A stretch of DNA of 59,421 bases, counting the filler. It is 3 parts of 3 records of this genome, joined end to end, with 100 filler letters (N's around TTAATTAATTAA, not from the genome) between each part and the next. Parts side by side here need not be neighbours in the genome. Positions count along the whole stretch, not along the records: positions 1 to 27,688 come from SRR20825006_1667; positions 27,789 to 53,199 come from SRR20825006_1669; 1 more part is not named here. One strand, written 5' to 3'. Shown here one piece after another: positions 18,502 to 28,981 of the stretch. The notes under the pieces are model-generated. The model ran no database searches. It was not told the origin of the DNA and saw only the letters and a list, made by a program, of their open reading frames with translations. The translations under genes were made by a program, and so were the position numbers. Position 1 is the first letter of the stretch. Each line of letters begins with the position of its first letter.

Positions 18502-21500
18502 TCAAGTTACAGCGAATAAAGGTATGAGACAGCATACCATCGAGCGAGGGTTGGTCACGCCGTGTTCGGTGAACCATTGCTCGGCCGCGCTCAGAGAAGC
18601 CCGCGCGCTCTTGCCAAGGATCTGGGCGCGCCAGTAGAGGATCGCGTGTAGGTGAAGGTCGCAGCGCGACGCGCGCGCGCGCTCCTCAGCTTGCTCGAGC
18701 AGCTCCACGCAGGTCTTGCGCTCTCCGCTCGCCCACGCGAACTGCGCGCTCCCGAGCGCAGCAAGCGGCCCCGCCAGCGGGTTATTGTTCTTCTCCAGCG
18801 CGCGCATGTAGCGCTCCGCGTGCGAGCGCGCCTTCTTCTGCTCGCGCGCATCCTGCGACGCGTTCATGCACGCGAGCCCCGCGCGCATCTCGAGGTCGTC
18901 GTGGAAGATCGCGATCATCTCGTTTTGCAACAAGAGCGAGCCCTTGAGGGCTTGCCGGCGCTCGTCGAGGAGCGCGAAAGCGCGCTCGGGTTGCCCCTGA
19001 TACAGCGCCGTATTCACGGCGCCGACCATGTACCAGAGGTGCTGGATGAGGAAGCTCTCCTGGCCAAAATCCTCGATGGCGCCATCGAGGACGCGCCGCG
19101 CGCGATCAGGATCATCGTTGGCGAGATGCCCCCTGTAACTCCACAGCTTCCAGTTGGTCGTGTAGAGCAAGTCATCGCGCTGGAGCGCCTCGTCGAGCAG
19201 ATGAGGGAGGCGCTCGACGAAGGGCTCGAACTCTCCCATCATCTCCAAACAGAAGAACTGGTAGAGGCGCGAGCCATCGAGCTCCCAGACAACCCCCTGA
19301 CAACGCGTCTCGAGGATATGCTCGGCCTCCCTCATCCGCTCCAAACCCTGGCGCCAATCCGCGCCAAGGTAAGCGCTCATCCCCTCGCCAAAGGCGAGGA
19401 ACGCCTCGGCGTAAGAGCTCACATCCTCGGCCTCGACCAGCTGCCTGCCCGTCTTTAACAGCTCCTCGCCGCGCGCTCTTGTGCGCGCCGCGCCGCTCAA
19501 GTGCGTCGCCTCGAGCGCCAGTGAGAGGCAGGCGTGAGAAGGATCACCGGAGTCGAGCGCGTCCAGAAGGTGCAGCGCGCCAAAGTAAGCGCCCGCCTTG
19601 AGGTCGAGCGCGCTTAGCATCTGCGCGGCGACCCAGCAGATGTCGAGGCGCTCGCGCTTCTCATCACTGATCTCCTTGCTCGGCTTGACCGCGAGCCCTC
19701 GCCACGCGACCCGAGCGCGCAGCGCGAGGAGCTCGGCCAGCAGGAACGCGCCGCGGCGAGGCATCCTCACGCGCAGCTCCTCGAGCAACCCCTCGAGGAT
19801 CTCGCGCCCCTCTTCGAAGCGACCTCCTCTCAACAATTGCTCGCCAGCGAGGCGCTCGTATTGTCTGGCGAGCGCGCGATCCTCGGCGTGCGAGCGCGCC
19901 TCCTGGTAGGCGCGCGCGGACGCGGCGCCTCTGCCAAGGTAGCCTAGCACCTCGCCAAGACGCGCGTTGATCTCGCACTTCTCCCGAGCCGACCACTCCC
20001 CGTACTCGAGCGTCATCTCCCACAGACGCGCGGCGCGCTCGAACGCGAGCACGCTGCTCGCGTGCTCGGCCGCACGCCAGAGGTATGGCACCGCGTCGCG
20101 AGACCTCTCGGCGGCGATGTAATGCCTGGCGACGAGCTCGGGGTCGTGCCCCTCACGCTCGGACAACACCTGCGCGAGGTCCGAGTGCATCCCCACGCGA
20201 AGCTCGGCGTCCATCCTGGAGACGACCGTCTCGCGAATGCGCGCGTGGTACGTCTCGAGCCCCTCCGAGCTCGCATCACTGCTCTGGCGCACGAGCAACT
20301 CCGTGCGCAGCAGCGCCAGCGCGGATTGCTCCTCCCCCTCGAGCCTGGCGAGCGCGCGGGCGATCTGGCGCTCGAGCGGTTGCCCCGCCACAGAGATCAC
20401 CTCGAGCAGACGCCTGGCGCCCTCGGGGAGCTGGGCGATGCGCTTGTAGAGCACCTCGCCGAGCTCGGTCAGGCCCGAACTTGGCTGCGAGTGATTTCGC
20501 ATATAGCGCGCCAGCTCGTCGATAAAGAGCGGGTTCCCGGCGGCTTCCTGGGCGATCCTGTCGAGGTGCGCCTTGGGAGGCGCCATATCAGGCTCGTTGG
20601 CCAGCAAGATCTGCGCGAGCTGCGCCGCCTCGGCGTCCTCGAGCGCGCCGACGCGCAAGGTCTCTAACCTGATCTGTTCGCTGCTCTGGTTCTGATGCTC
20701 GAGGAACGCGATCAGGAATGGCGAGGTCTCGAGGTCCTCTTCTCGAAAGCTCGTCAGCAACAGGATCGGAGGCGCATCCGGCGCACGCATCACGTGCTCG
20801 ATCAGCGCCGCGCTGTCCTCATCCCCCCATTGCACATCATCGATATAGAGCAGCAGTTGACGATCACTCCCCAAAAACTGGAAGCACTGCCGGAGCGCCT
20901 CGAAGGCGAGGCGACGCTGCTGCGAGGCATCGCGCAAGGCGGGCGTCGCCTCGACGGCGGCCTCGATGACGGGCACGCGCTCGAGCGAGGGAAAGAGCCT
21001 GGCGAGCGCGCTCAAGCCCTCGATCTCGGCGAACCCATCGAGGTCCTCAGGGGGGAGTAACTCGAGGTAGCGACCGAGCCAGTCGACGAGTTGATCGAGC
21101 GCCTTGTAAGGCACCGTCTCGTTCTCGAAGCATCGACCTTCGAGGATCAACACATCGGGAGAGTCCTGGCTGACCGATCGCAGGAACTGACGGACCAATG
21201 CGGACTTCCCCATCCCCGAGGGGCCGACGACGTTGACAAAGGCGGCCTGTCGCTCCTCGCTCGAGCGCTCCAGCGAGAGGCGCATCGTCGCCAGGTGCTG
21301 CGCTCGCCCCACGAACGGGCGCGACTCACTCCTGGAGACGGCGCGTCGCATGCCGCTCGTGCGCGCAGGAGATTGCCCCAGCGTGGCGACGATATCCGCG
21401 TAGCCCGCCCTCGAGGCGGGCTGGCGCGCGAGCAACCGCATGCAAAGCTCGGCGAGGTCCTCAGGTGCATCATCGGCGAGTTCGAGCACATGAGGAGGAC

Positions 21501-22392
21501 GCACCGACTGTTTTCTAAGCAAGATCTGGAGCGGCGTCCCACCCTCGACCGGGCGGCGACCCGTGAGCACCTCGTAGAGCATCGCGCCGACGGCATACCA
21601 ATCCGACGCGGGACCGATCGTCATCCCCATCGCTTGCTCGGGGGACATGTAGTGAGGTGTCCCGACGAACTGCCCGCCGCGGTTGCGCCGCGCCTTCTGC
21701 AAGTGCTCCAGCGTGAGCGATGGGGTCATCTGCGAGATCAACCCGAAGTCGAGCAGGAGCAGGTGGCCGTCCGGGCGCACCAGGACGTTCGAGGGCTTGA
21801 TATCACGGTGGAGCATGCCCGCGTCGTGCAACGCCTTGATCCCCGAGCCGAGCTGCCCCAACGCATCGCGCAGGCGGCTCTCCTCGTAGGACTCGTCCAT
21901 GAACCAACCGAAATCAGCGGTCGGTTCGTCGAGCCCCACGCTCTCCACGGGAGGGACGGTGTCCCGAAAGACGTCGTCCTCGAACTCGACGGTGTGGGGG
22001 ATGTCGACCTCGAGCGAATCCGCGGTGGCGCGCACCGTGTTTTGCCTTGGCGCCTCGGGGAACTCGTGCCCGCGAACGTAAGCCAAAAAGTCGAGGCCGC
22101 GCACGAGCTCCATGGTAAAAAACCAACGCCCCTGCTGCGCGTAGAGTTCGTAGAGCGTGACGAGGTTCGGGTGGACCAAGTCTGCGAGGTTGCGGAACTC
22201 ATCCTTGAACGAGAGGATCGTCTTGGGGCTCGCGTTATTGAGCATCTTGAGCGCGACGAGGGACTCCCTGGCGCGATCTCTGACCGCATACACCCGCCCG
22301 AAGCCACCCTCGCCGAGCTGTCGAATCAGCTCGAAGCGATCGGGGAGGTCTTCTCCGTCGAGTTGGGTTTTTGTCGGGCTCGGGGCGTCCAT
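18502..22392 (-). CDS. Ser/Thr protein kinase fused to a STAND/AAA ATPase and TPR-like region
   Basis: LGEGGFG, VALK, HRDIKPSN, DFG, GTPHYMSPE; FVGR..HL, Walker A GPSGMGKS, Walker B LYIDDVQW, AAGNPLFI; GGAG RBS. Confidence 0.92.
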   Translation of the reverse strand: MDAPSPTKTQLDGEDLPDRFELIRQLGEGGFGRVYAVRDRARESLVALKMLNNASPKTILSFKDEFRNLADLVHPNLVTLYELYAQQGRWFFTMELVRGLDFLAYVRGHEFPEAPRQNTVRATADSLEVDIPHTVEFEDDVFRDTVPPVESVGLDEPTADFGWFMDESYEESRLRDALGQLGSGIKALHDAGMLHRDIKPSNVLVRPDGHLLLLDFGLISQMTPSLTLEHLQKARRNRGGQFVGTPHYMSPEQAMGMTIGPASDWYAVGAMLYEVLTGRRPVEGGTPLQILLRKQSVRPPHVLELADDAPEDLAELCMRLLARQPASRAGYADIVATLGQSPARTSGMRRAVSRSESRPFVGRAQHLATMRLSLERSSEERQAAFVNVVGPSGMGKSALVRQFLRSVSQDSPDVLILEGRCFENETVPYKALDQLVDWLGRYLELLPPEDLDGFAEIEGLSALARLFPSLERVPVIEAAVEATPALRDASQQRRLAFEALRQCFQFLGSDRQLLLYIDDVQWGDEDSAALIEHVMRAPDAPPILLLTSFREEDLETSPFLIAFLEHQNQSSEQIRLETLRVGALEDAEAAQLAQILLANEPDMAPPKAHLDRIAQEAAGNPLFIDELARYMRNHSQPSSGLTELGEVLYKRIAQLPEGARRLLEVISVAGQPLERQIARALARLEGEEQSALALLRTELLVRQSSDASSEGLETYHARIRETVVSRMDAELRVGMHSDLAQVLSEREGHDPELVARHYIAAERSRDAVPYLWRAAEHASSVLAFERAARLWEMTLEYGEWSAREKCEINARLGEVLGYLGRGAASARAYQEARSHAEDRALARQYERLAGEQLLRGGRFEEGREILEGLLEELRVRMPRRGAFLLAELLALRARVAWRGLAVKPSKEISDEKRERLDICWVAAQMLSALDLKAGAYFGALHLLDALDSGDPSHACLSLALEATHLSGAARTRARGEELLKTGRQLVEAEDVSSYAEAFLAFGEGMSAYLGADWRQGLERMREAEHILETRCQGVVWELDGSRLYQFFCLEMMGEFEPFVERLPHLLDEALQRDDLLYTTNWKLWSYRGHLANDDPDRARRVLDGAIEDFGQESFLIQHLWYMVGAVNTALYQGQPERAFALLDERRQALKGSLLLQNEMIAIFHDDLEMRAGLACMNASQDAREQKKARSHAERYMRALEKNNNPLAGPLAALGSAQFAWASGERKTCVELLEQAEERARASRCDLHLHAILYWRAQILGKSARASLSAAEQWFTEHGVTNPRSMVCCLIPLFAVT

Positions 22393-22551
22393 CGACCTTC
22401 TCCAGGGGGCACAGCGCGGCGCGAGGGCAAAACAGTGGTGATCATAGTACGTGCGAGCGCACTGTTCACGTTCGCATCAGCGTCGAAAATATCAAACCAT
22501 CAGATCTGCGCTCCCCCCTCCTCTCCTCGTGTGCTCTCGCTGACGTCGCGC

Positions 22552-22767
22552 TCACGGCGTCGTCGGTGATGTCTCACTCACAGGTGGCGAGGTCGTGTAT
22601 TCGATCTCCACAGGGACTTCGACCGAGTACGTCCGCTCGCGCGGCTCGTATGTGACCGCCGCGAGCAAACCCGCCAGGGCCGCCAACACGAAGATGCCGA
22701 CAAACACGAACCTTTTCTGTTTCCTGGATTGTTCCGCCGTCTTCTGCGGCATGAGAGGATCGCGCAT
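22552..22767 (-). CDS. Small single-TM hypothetical protein
   Basis: Basic stretch then TM helix FVFVGIFVLAALAGLLAAV and a P/T-rich tail; AAGGGA RBS before MRDPL. Confidence 0.55.
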   Translation of the reverse strand: MRDPLMPQKTAEQSRKQKRFVFVGIFVLAALAGLLAAVTYEPRERTYSVEVPVEIEYTTSPPVSETSPTTP

Positions 22768-23023
22768 GAGGTCCCTTTTGTCACCAGAGAATGATGCCGC
22801 GAACGGTGCTGAAGGTGCGGCGTGCATATTCTATCGGCATATAATGTGCATCCATATTAGATATCTTTCGCGCCTATCGAGCGCTGCGTTGGCCAAGAGA
22901 ATCATGCACCCATAAGATGGGTTCATGCAACCTGTCCTATGGCCGCGCTGCTCGTGACACCAAGCACGAACGACCGTTCGTTTTCATGTGATCGTTCCTC
23001 GAACACAGACACGTGTGAAGACC

Positions 23024-26000
23024 ATGCCACGAATCAATATCGAGAAGATGCAAAATATCCTGCTTGGCCTGATGTTATTTATCGGCCTCCTGCTCCCGAC
23101 CTCTTGTGGTCGCGACAACCTGGAGCGAGGTCCACAGGGAGATGCATGGGGGACAGGTGATCGCGTCCCCGTGATCACGCCTCCCGAGGAGAAAAAGCCC
23201 CCGCTCGAGGCGATCGTCATCTCGCCAGACGAGGTGCGCATCCCGCTCGATGCGCAACGCAACGTCTCGCTCGAGGCGGTCTACGAGGATGGCTCCAGAG
23301 AGGACGTCACCCGCGAAGCAACATGGTCGATCGATAACACCACCATCGCCACGCTCGATGGCCCGCGCGTGTCCGCGGTCCGCGAGGGCGAGACGCTCTT
23401 GCGCGCAGAGTACGAGGGGCTGCGCGCGTTCGTCACGGTCGAGGTTCGCGGCAGAAAGCTCGACGAAATCCGCGTCGCACCGCGCAGCGCAGAGATCAGG
23501 CCCGATGGGAAGCTTCGCCTGAAGGCATGGGGGACCTACGAGAGCGGCGCCGAGGAAGAGATCACCGAATTTGTCACCTGGAGCTCCTCTGATGATCGCA
23601 TCGCGCTCGTCTCCAACGAGGCCGAGATCGAGGGAGAGGTGCTCGGCGTTCGCGCTGGCCGCGTGCAAATCACCGCCACCATCGGAGACCTCGCGAGCAG
23701 CGCCGAGATCAACGTCTCTGACGTCTCCGAGCTCGTCGCCATCTCGCTCAACCCTCCCTCCGCAAACCTCCTGCTCGACACCAGCGAGACCTTCACCGTC
23801 ACCGGCCTCTACACCGACGGCACCCGCGTGGATATCACCCCGCAGGCCGATTGGAGCATCGGCGATGAAGGGATCCTGAACCACGATGGCCAGGGCACCG
23901 TGCAGGGCATCATCCCTGGAGAGAGCTCGATCACGGCCACATTCCGCGGGATCGAGGCCACCGCGCCGATCATCGTCAGCAACGAACTCGTCACCGACCT
24001 CGAGATCTCACCCGCCAACGCCACCGTCGGAAAACATGGCCAGCAACAGTTCCGCGCGCGAGGATTACTCGGCGATGGCACATGGCGAGATCTGACCGAC
24101 TACGTCCTCTGGAAGACCTCCGATGGCGTCACCGCGTCCGTCTCTCCCACAGGGCTCGCCGTCGGCAACTCCGCAGGGCTCGCCATCATCTCGGCTGAAC
24201 TCCACGGTCAGCGCGCAGAAGCAAGGCTCAACGTCTCCAACGCCGCGATGACCGCGCTCGATATCGAGCCGTTCTCGCCAGTCCTCGCGCCGCTCGTCGT
24301 CCAACGCATGCGCGCCATGGCGCGCTACAGCGATGGCACCGTGAGCGAGGTCTCGCGCGCGGCAACCTGGGAGAGCACCAACATCGAGGTCGCTCGTATC
24401 GATCAGAGCGGCTGGGTCAACGCCATCGATCACGGCACGACGGTCGTCTCGGCAAAGGTCGAGGACCTCACCGCCAGCACCACGGTCACGGTCACCGACG
24501 CGACGCTCACGCGCATCACCGTCGAACCCTCTGATGTCGAGCTCGCGGTCGGACAAAACGCTTACCTGCGCGCCACGGGGAACTGGGCTGATGGGACAGA
24601 GATCGACATCACCGAGTCCGTCGCGTGGTCCTCGAGCAGCCCCGAAGCCGTGGGCATCTCGAACGAGCGCGGCAAGGCTGGGACCGTCGACGCCATCGCG
24701 CTCGGTGGCGCGACGATCACCGCATCTCTCGGCGCGCAAACAGGTGAGGCCGTCGTCGTCGTGAGTGACAGACGCCTCGTCGAGATCGAGCTCGAGCCGA
24801 CCTCGCTCGACCTCAACCAACACGAACGCGCCACGATCGAGGCGACCGGGATCTTCTCGGATGGCTCCGAGCGCGAGATCACGCAACAAGCCTTCTGGAC
24901 AAGCAGCAACCCGCTCCAGGTCGAGGCGCCGAATACGCCCGACGAGAAGGGCATGGTGATCGCGCTCAACCCTGGCAGCGTGATGGTCACGGCGACCCTG
25001 GCTGGCGTCTCGGCGAGCATCCCGGTGACCGTGTCAGACGCCACGCTCACCGACATCACGATCGAGCCCGCTGACGCCACCATCAACACCAACACCACCG
25101 AGCAATACGCCGCCTTCGGCGTCTTCTCCGATGGCACCATGGCCGACATCACGCAGATCGTCGCCTGGAGCACGACGCGGACTGACATCGCCAGGATCTT
25201 TAACTCCGCTGGCGTGCGCGGTCAGCTCGTCGCGCTCTCGCGCGGTGAGACGACCGTGCGAGCGCGCTTCGAAGATATCATCGCCGAGACCAACCTCACC
25301 GTGGAAGGCGCCGACATCACTCGCCTCACCGTCACACCGCGCGACTCCACGACCCCGATCGGACAGACGCGCCAGTTCACCGCGATGGCGCTCTTCGAGG
25401 ATGGCACCACGCGCAATGTCACCGGCGAGGCCGAGTGGATGACGGCGGATCCCGCCGTCGCCAATATCGATGACTGGGGCGTGCTGACCGCTATCGCCAA
25501 GGGCGAGACCACCGTGACGGCGACGTTTGGCGGCGTATCGACAAGCGTCGACGCCGAGGTCAATGGCTCCGAGCTCGTCGAGATCCAGGTCACGCCTCAC
25601 ACCCCAGAGGTCGCTGTCGACTCGATCATGCGCTTCTGGGCCACGGCCATCTACTCCGATGGCACGCGCGAGGACGTGAGCGAGGGGGTCGGCTGGGGCA
25701 CGGGCGATCCCTCCGTGATGTCGATCTTCTTGCACCCTCGCTGGCCAGGCATCGCCATCGCGAACGCCGCTGGCGTGACCGAAATCACCGCGACCTACAA
25801 GGGAATCACTGGCAGAACCACCGTCACCGTCACCGACGCCGAGATCGTCGAGATCAAGGTCACACCTGTCGACGTCACCGTGGCGCCCGGCACGCGCATC
25901 CAGTACCTCGCGCAAGCAGTCTTCGATGACGGCACCTCGCGCGATGTCACCTGGGCGTGCAACTGGACCACGGACAACACCAACAGCGCGGATGTGCTCC

Positions 26001-26929
26001 ACGAAGGTTGGCGCGAGCAAGGTCAGGTGATCGCCAGACGCGAAGGCGTCGCCGAGATCCGCTGCGGCTATCAAAACGTCGTCGGCCGCGCGCGACTCGA
26101 GGTCACCGGCGCCACGCTCTCGCATATCCAGGTCATCCCCTTCCAGCCCACGCTCAACGAAGGGGACGAGATGAGGTTCTGGGCCACGGCCTTCTACACC
26201 GACGGCACCACGCAGCAGGTCTGGGATGATGTGTTGTGGCAAACCGAAGATCCGATGATCGCCACGATCTCGAACTCGCGCTGGATGGAGGGCGTGCTCA
26301 CCGCACAACAAGCTGGAACTACAAAGGTGCTGGCGACCTATGGTGGAGTGACAGGGAGCACCACGGTCACTGTCACTGGTCTCGAGATCGCGCAGATCCA
26401 GGTCACACCATTCATCGAGACCATCCCCACGGGGTTCTACCTGCGGATGCTCGCCACGGCCATCTACACCAACGGTCAATCACGCGACATCACGGGGTTG
26501 GCCACATGGACAGCGACCGATCCGATGATCGCGGATGTCTACGCCTCTTTCTGGGTCAAGGGTTGGGCGCTCGGGATCAGTCCGGGCACCTCGTTTATCC
26601 AGGCCACCTATCAAGGGGTGACAGGTCAGGCGCGCGTCACCGTGACAGATGCTGTGCTCGCGAGCATCGAGCTCGATCCTCCCGCCGCCTCGATCCTCCC
26701 CGAGGAGACCATCGAGTTCGAGGCCACCGGGCTCTTCACCGACGGCTCCATGCGCGAGGTCACGCACTATGTGACCTGGACCTCATCGGACCAGATGATC
26801 GCCGATGTCAGCAACGCCTGGGTTTCGCGCGGCGAGGCCACGGCGTTTATGCCGGGCACCTGTGATATCCGCGCGACCCAGGGACAGGTTCAGGGCGTCG
26901 CGCCGCTGACAGTGATGTCTGCGCCATGA
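23024..26929 (+). CDS. Large surface lipoprotein with 14 bacterial Ig-like (Big_2-type) repeats
   Basis: Lipobox LPTSC; 14 repeats of about 85-90 aa with I.V.P...A.G.Y/F.DG...D.T....W.S.D...A.V...G...A...G...I.A; start uncertain (22988, 23024 or 23048). Confidence 0.88.
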   Translation: MPRINIEKMQNILLGLMLFIGLLLPTSCGRDNLERGPQGDAWGTGDRVPVITPPEEKKPPLEAIVISPDEVRIPLDAQRNVSLEAVYEDGSREDVTREATWSIDNTTIATLDGPRVSAVREGETLLRAEYEGLRAFVTVEVRGRKLDEIRVAPRSAEIRPDGKLRLKAWGTYESGAEEEITEFVTWSSSDDRIALVSNEAEIEGEVLGVRAGRVQITATIGDLASSAEINVSDVSELVAISLNPPSANLLLDTSETFTVTGLYTDGTRVDITPQADWSIGDEGILNHDGQGTVQGIIPGESSITATFRGIEATAPIIVSNELVTDLEISPANATVGKHGQQQFRARGLLGDGTWRDLTDYVLWKTSDGVTASVSPTGLAVGNSAGLAIISAELHGQRAEARLNVSNAAMTALDIEPFSPVLAPLVVQRMRAMARYSDGTVSEVSRAATWESTNIEVARIDQSGWVNAIDHGTTVVSAKVEDLTASTTVTVTDATLTRITVEPSDVELAVGQNAYLRATGNWADGTEIDITESVAWSSSSPEAVGISNERGKAGTVDAIALGGATITASLGAQTGEAVVVVSDRRLVEIELEPTSLDLNQHERATIEATGIFSDGSEREITQQAFWTSSNPLQVEAPNTPDEKGMVIALNPGSVMVTATLAGVSASIPVTVSDATLTDITIEPADATINTNTTEQYAAFGVFSDGTMADITQIVAWSTTRTDIARIFNSAGVRGQLVALSRGETTVRARFEDIIAETNLTVEGADITRLTVTPRDSTTPIGQTRQFTAMALFEDGTTRNVTGEAEWMTADPAVANIDDWGVLTAIAKGETTVTATFGGVSTSVDAEVNGSELVEIQVTPHTPEVAVDSIMRFWATAIYSDGTREDVSEGVGWGTGDPSVMSIFLHPRWPGIAIANAAGVTEITATYKGITGRTTVTVTDAEIVEIKVTPVDVTVAPGTRIQYLAQAVFDDGTSRDVTWACNWTTDNTNSADVLHEGWREQGQVIARREGVAEIRCGYQNVVGRARLEVTGATLSHIQVIPFQPTLNEGDEMRFWATAFYTDGTTQQVWDDVLWQTEDPMIATISNSRWMEGVLTAQQAGTTKVLATYGGVTGSTTVTVTGLEIAQIQVTPFIETIPTGFYLRMLATAIYTNGQSRDITGLATWTATDPMIADVYASFWVKGWALGISPGTSFIQATYQGVTGQARVTVTDAVLASIELDPPAASILPEETIEFEATGLFTDGSMREVTHYVTWTSSDQMIADVSNAWVSRGEATAFMPGTCDIRATQGQVQGVAPLTVMSAP

Positions 26930-26934
26930 TCATG

Positions 26935-26971
26935 TCGCCCCGAACCTGGAGTCACTCCAGGTTCGGGGCGA
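26935..26971. terminator. Perfect hairpin between convergent genes (candidate bidirectional terminator)
   Basis: TCGCCCCGAACCTGGAGT-C-ACTCCAGGTTCGGGGCGA, 18-bp perfect inverted repeat between stops at 26929 and 26995; no strong U-tract. Confidence 0.6.
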
Positions 26972-26994
26972 TGACTTTCACTGATGCGACGCGC

Positions 26995-27489
26995 TCACGG
27001 ACAGCGACAGATCTCAGGCTCTTCAGGGCTCCCGCTACAGGACATCCAATCTCCGGTCGGTGGTGGAGGGTAGGAGGAGTCGAGCCATATGGCCATATCG
27101 AGCTCGCCATCCTCATCCGTGGAGTAATACGTGGTTCCGACCGCGTTCGCGCCGCTCTCGACACAATAAGGCGCCAGGTCATCAGTCTCCACGCAAACCT
27201 CCGAGACAGGGTTCCAGACGATCTCCTTGGGAGAGATCAGCAGGCACCCCATCTCAGGGTCTTGCTCGCAGCTCTCCTCATCGAGCATCTGACAAGGCGT
27301 CAGCTCGCGCTGACTCTCTGGCGGCTCGGTGGTTTTATCCTCTTCGGGTTGCGAATTTACTCCCGACGACTCGGGCTCGCATGTAGTCTCTCCGCACCAC
27401 TCTTCGCCGACAGATGGCGAGACCTCATCGCCACCACAACCAAACCAAAACACGGCGAAGAGTGACATGATGCAAATCGTTCTGAACAT
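26995..27489 (-). CDS. Cys-rich acidic lipoprotein, hypothetical
   Basis: Start MFRTICIMS at 27489; lipobox FWFGC; about 10 further Cys; acidic composition. Confidence 0.6.
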   Translation of the reverse strand: MFRTICIMSLFAVFWFGCGGDEVSPSVGEEWCGETTCEPESSGVNSQPEEDKTTEPPESQRELTPCQMLDEESCEQDPEMGCLLISPKEIVWNPVSEVCVETDDLAPYCVESGANAVGTTYYSTDEDGELDMAIWLDSSYPPPPTGDWMSCSGSPEEPEICRCP

Positions 27490-27632
27490 CGTGGGCTCGC
27501 TCGAAAAGGGAATCGTATAAACCTTAAAAAAAACACACTCAGATAGAATCAAAAAACCCTTTCACAAGCAAACAGCACGAGACCTCGAATATCGACACGA
27601 GCTGCCCATATCGAGGTTATAAACCAGGCGAA

Positions 27633-27659
27633 CTCGGCGCCACGCCACGTGGTGCCGAG
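27633..27659. repeat. GC-rich hairpin near the contig end
   Basis: CTCGGCGCCACG-cca-CGTGGTGCCGAG, 12-bp stem with one G-T pair. Confidence 0.4.
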
Positions 27660-27688
27660 CGAACCGAAGAGGCCGAAAAATCATGAGC

Positions 27689-27788
27689 NNNNNNNNNNNN
27701 NNNNNNNNNNNNNNNNNNNNNNNNNNNNNNNNTTAATTAATTAANNNNNNNNNNNNNNNNNNNNNNNNNNNNNNNNNNNNNNNNNNNN
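27689..27788. other. Artificial contig linker
   Basis: 44 N + TTAATTAATTAA (stops in all six frames) + 44 N; composition and inferred taxonomy change across it. Confidence 0.97.
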
Positions 27789-28795
27789 TCACATTGGTGG
27801 AGTTGTTGGTGGTCATCGCGATCATTGGCGTCCTGGTCGGTCTGCTCTTGCCCGCGGTCCAGGCCGCTCGCGAAGCAGCCCGATCGATGCAGTGCAGCAA
27901 CAATCTCAAGCAACTTGGGCTTGGTCTCCACAATTACGCATCCACCTACAACGGTGCCTTCCCAAACAACGGCTACAGCTGGCCCAGCGGGTACCCAAGT
28001 GACTACTCGCCGCTTGCCAAAATCCTGCCGTTCCTTGAGCAAGCTCAATTGCAGGATCTGATTGATTTCAACATTTACATGGGACACCCCGCTCTCGCGG
28101 ATTTGCCCGAGGGCTTGCATGAAGCAGCAGGCACTCGTGTCCCGACTTATGAGTGCCCCAGTGACATCAATGCGGACGTGCATATGTTGACGATGCCATC
28201 GGGAGCCAGCATTCCGATTGCGGGCACCAGTTACTCGATGAACCAGGGCAGCGGCTTGGACGGTGTTTATCACCCCAGCGTCGGCGAACCCGACGGACTG
28301 TGCTGGACCAATGCGAAGGTCAAGTTCCGTGACATTCTCGACGGCACCAGTCACACCATCGTGTTTGCAGAAACATTGATCGGTGGTGGACTGGAATCTG
28401 ATACACCAACTCCCAACATGGATCCGCAATTCTTTCGTGCGGGTGTATCGGAAGCGAGCACCGCCGTTGCCAATCTCGCGGACTCAGGTGACATCGCCGA
28501 CGTTCAGTCTTACATCACCAGCTGGAACGGTGACCGCAATCATTATTGGTTGAGAGGCACCGTTCCCAACGGCCCAATCATCAACGGCCGCTTGTCACCC
28601 AACAGCAACATTCCCGACCTGGTTCGTGGCTCATCCAAGATCACCGCCGCTCGCAGCAACCACACGGGATTGGTCAAAGTCGCTTTGGCCGACGGCAGCG
28701 TGCAGACCGTGACCGACTCAATCGATTTAAAAGTCTGGCACGCGAGCTGGACCCGAATGGGTCGCGAAGTGGAAACGATTTCGCAGAATCGTTGA
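27789..28795 (+). CDS. DUF1559 prepilin-type N-terminal cleavage/methylation protein (5'-truncated by the contig edge)
   Basis: (F)[74 protein letters not shown] (H-x9-DG). Confidence 0.92.
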
Positions 28796-28981
28796 TGTGC
28801 TTCGAAGAAACTGAAACCAACAAACACTCATCGTTCAAACATCGCTGAGTCATACGACGGTCATCACAGTCGTCGCTCGGCAATTTTTCAATTCACTGTT
28901 ACGAAGCCAGCCATGAACTCCGGTTCAACAGCCAGCCACGTTCGCCTCGCACAAACATGTGCACCTATTAGGAGAACCTGA

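Noticed and set aside
22825-22860. Three CATAT motifs in the AT-rich divergent promoter
   Set aside because: Short and unevenly spaced (13 and 15 bp); expected by chance in an AT-rich patch.
2032-26479. Many long antisense or overlapping ORFs (e.g. 2032-3210, 5215-6699, 11047-12285, 16381-17844, 21091-22569, 25034-26479)
   Set aside because: Shadow ORFs produced by high-GC codon bias opposite well-supported genes; no recognisable motifs.
23200-26929. Repetitive DNA that might suggest a CRISPR-like array
   Set aside because: These are degenerate in-frame coding repeats of Ig domains; there are no identical repeats with unique spacers and no cas genes.
27733-27744. TTAATTAATTAA as a biological site (also at 53244-53255)
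   Set aside because: Artificial six-frame-stop linker embedded in N runs.
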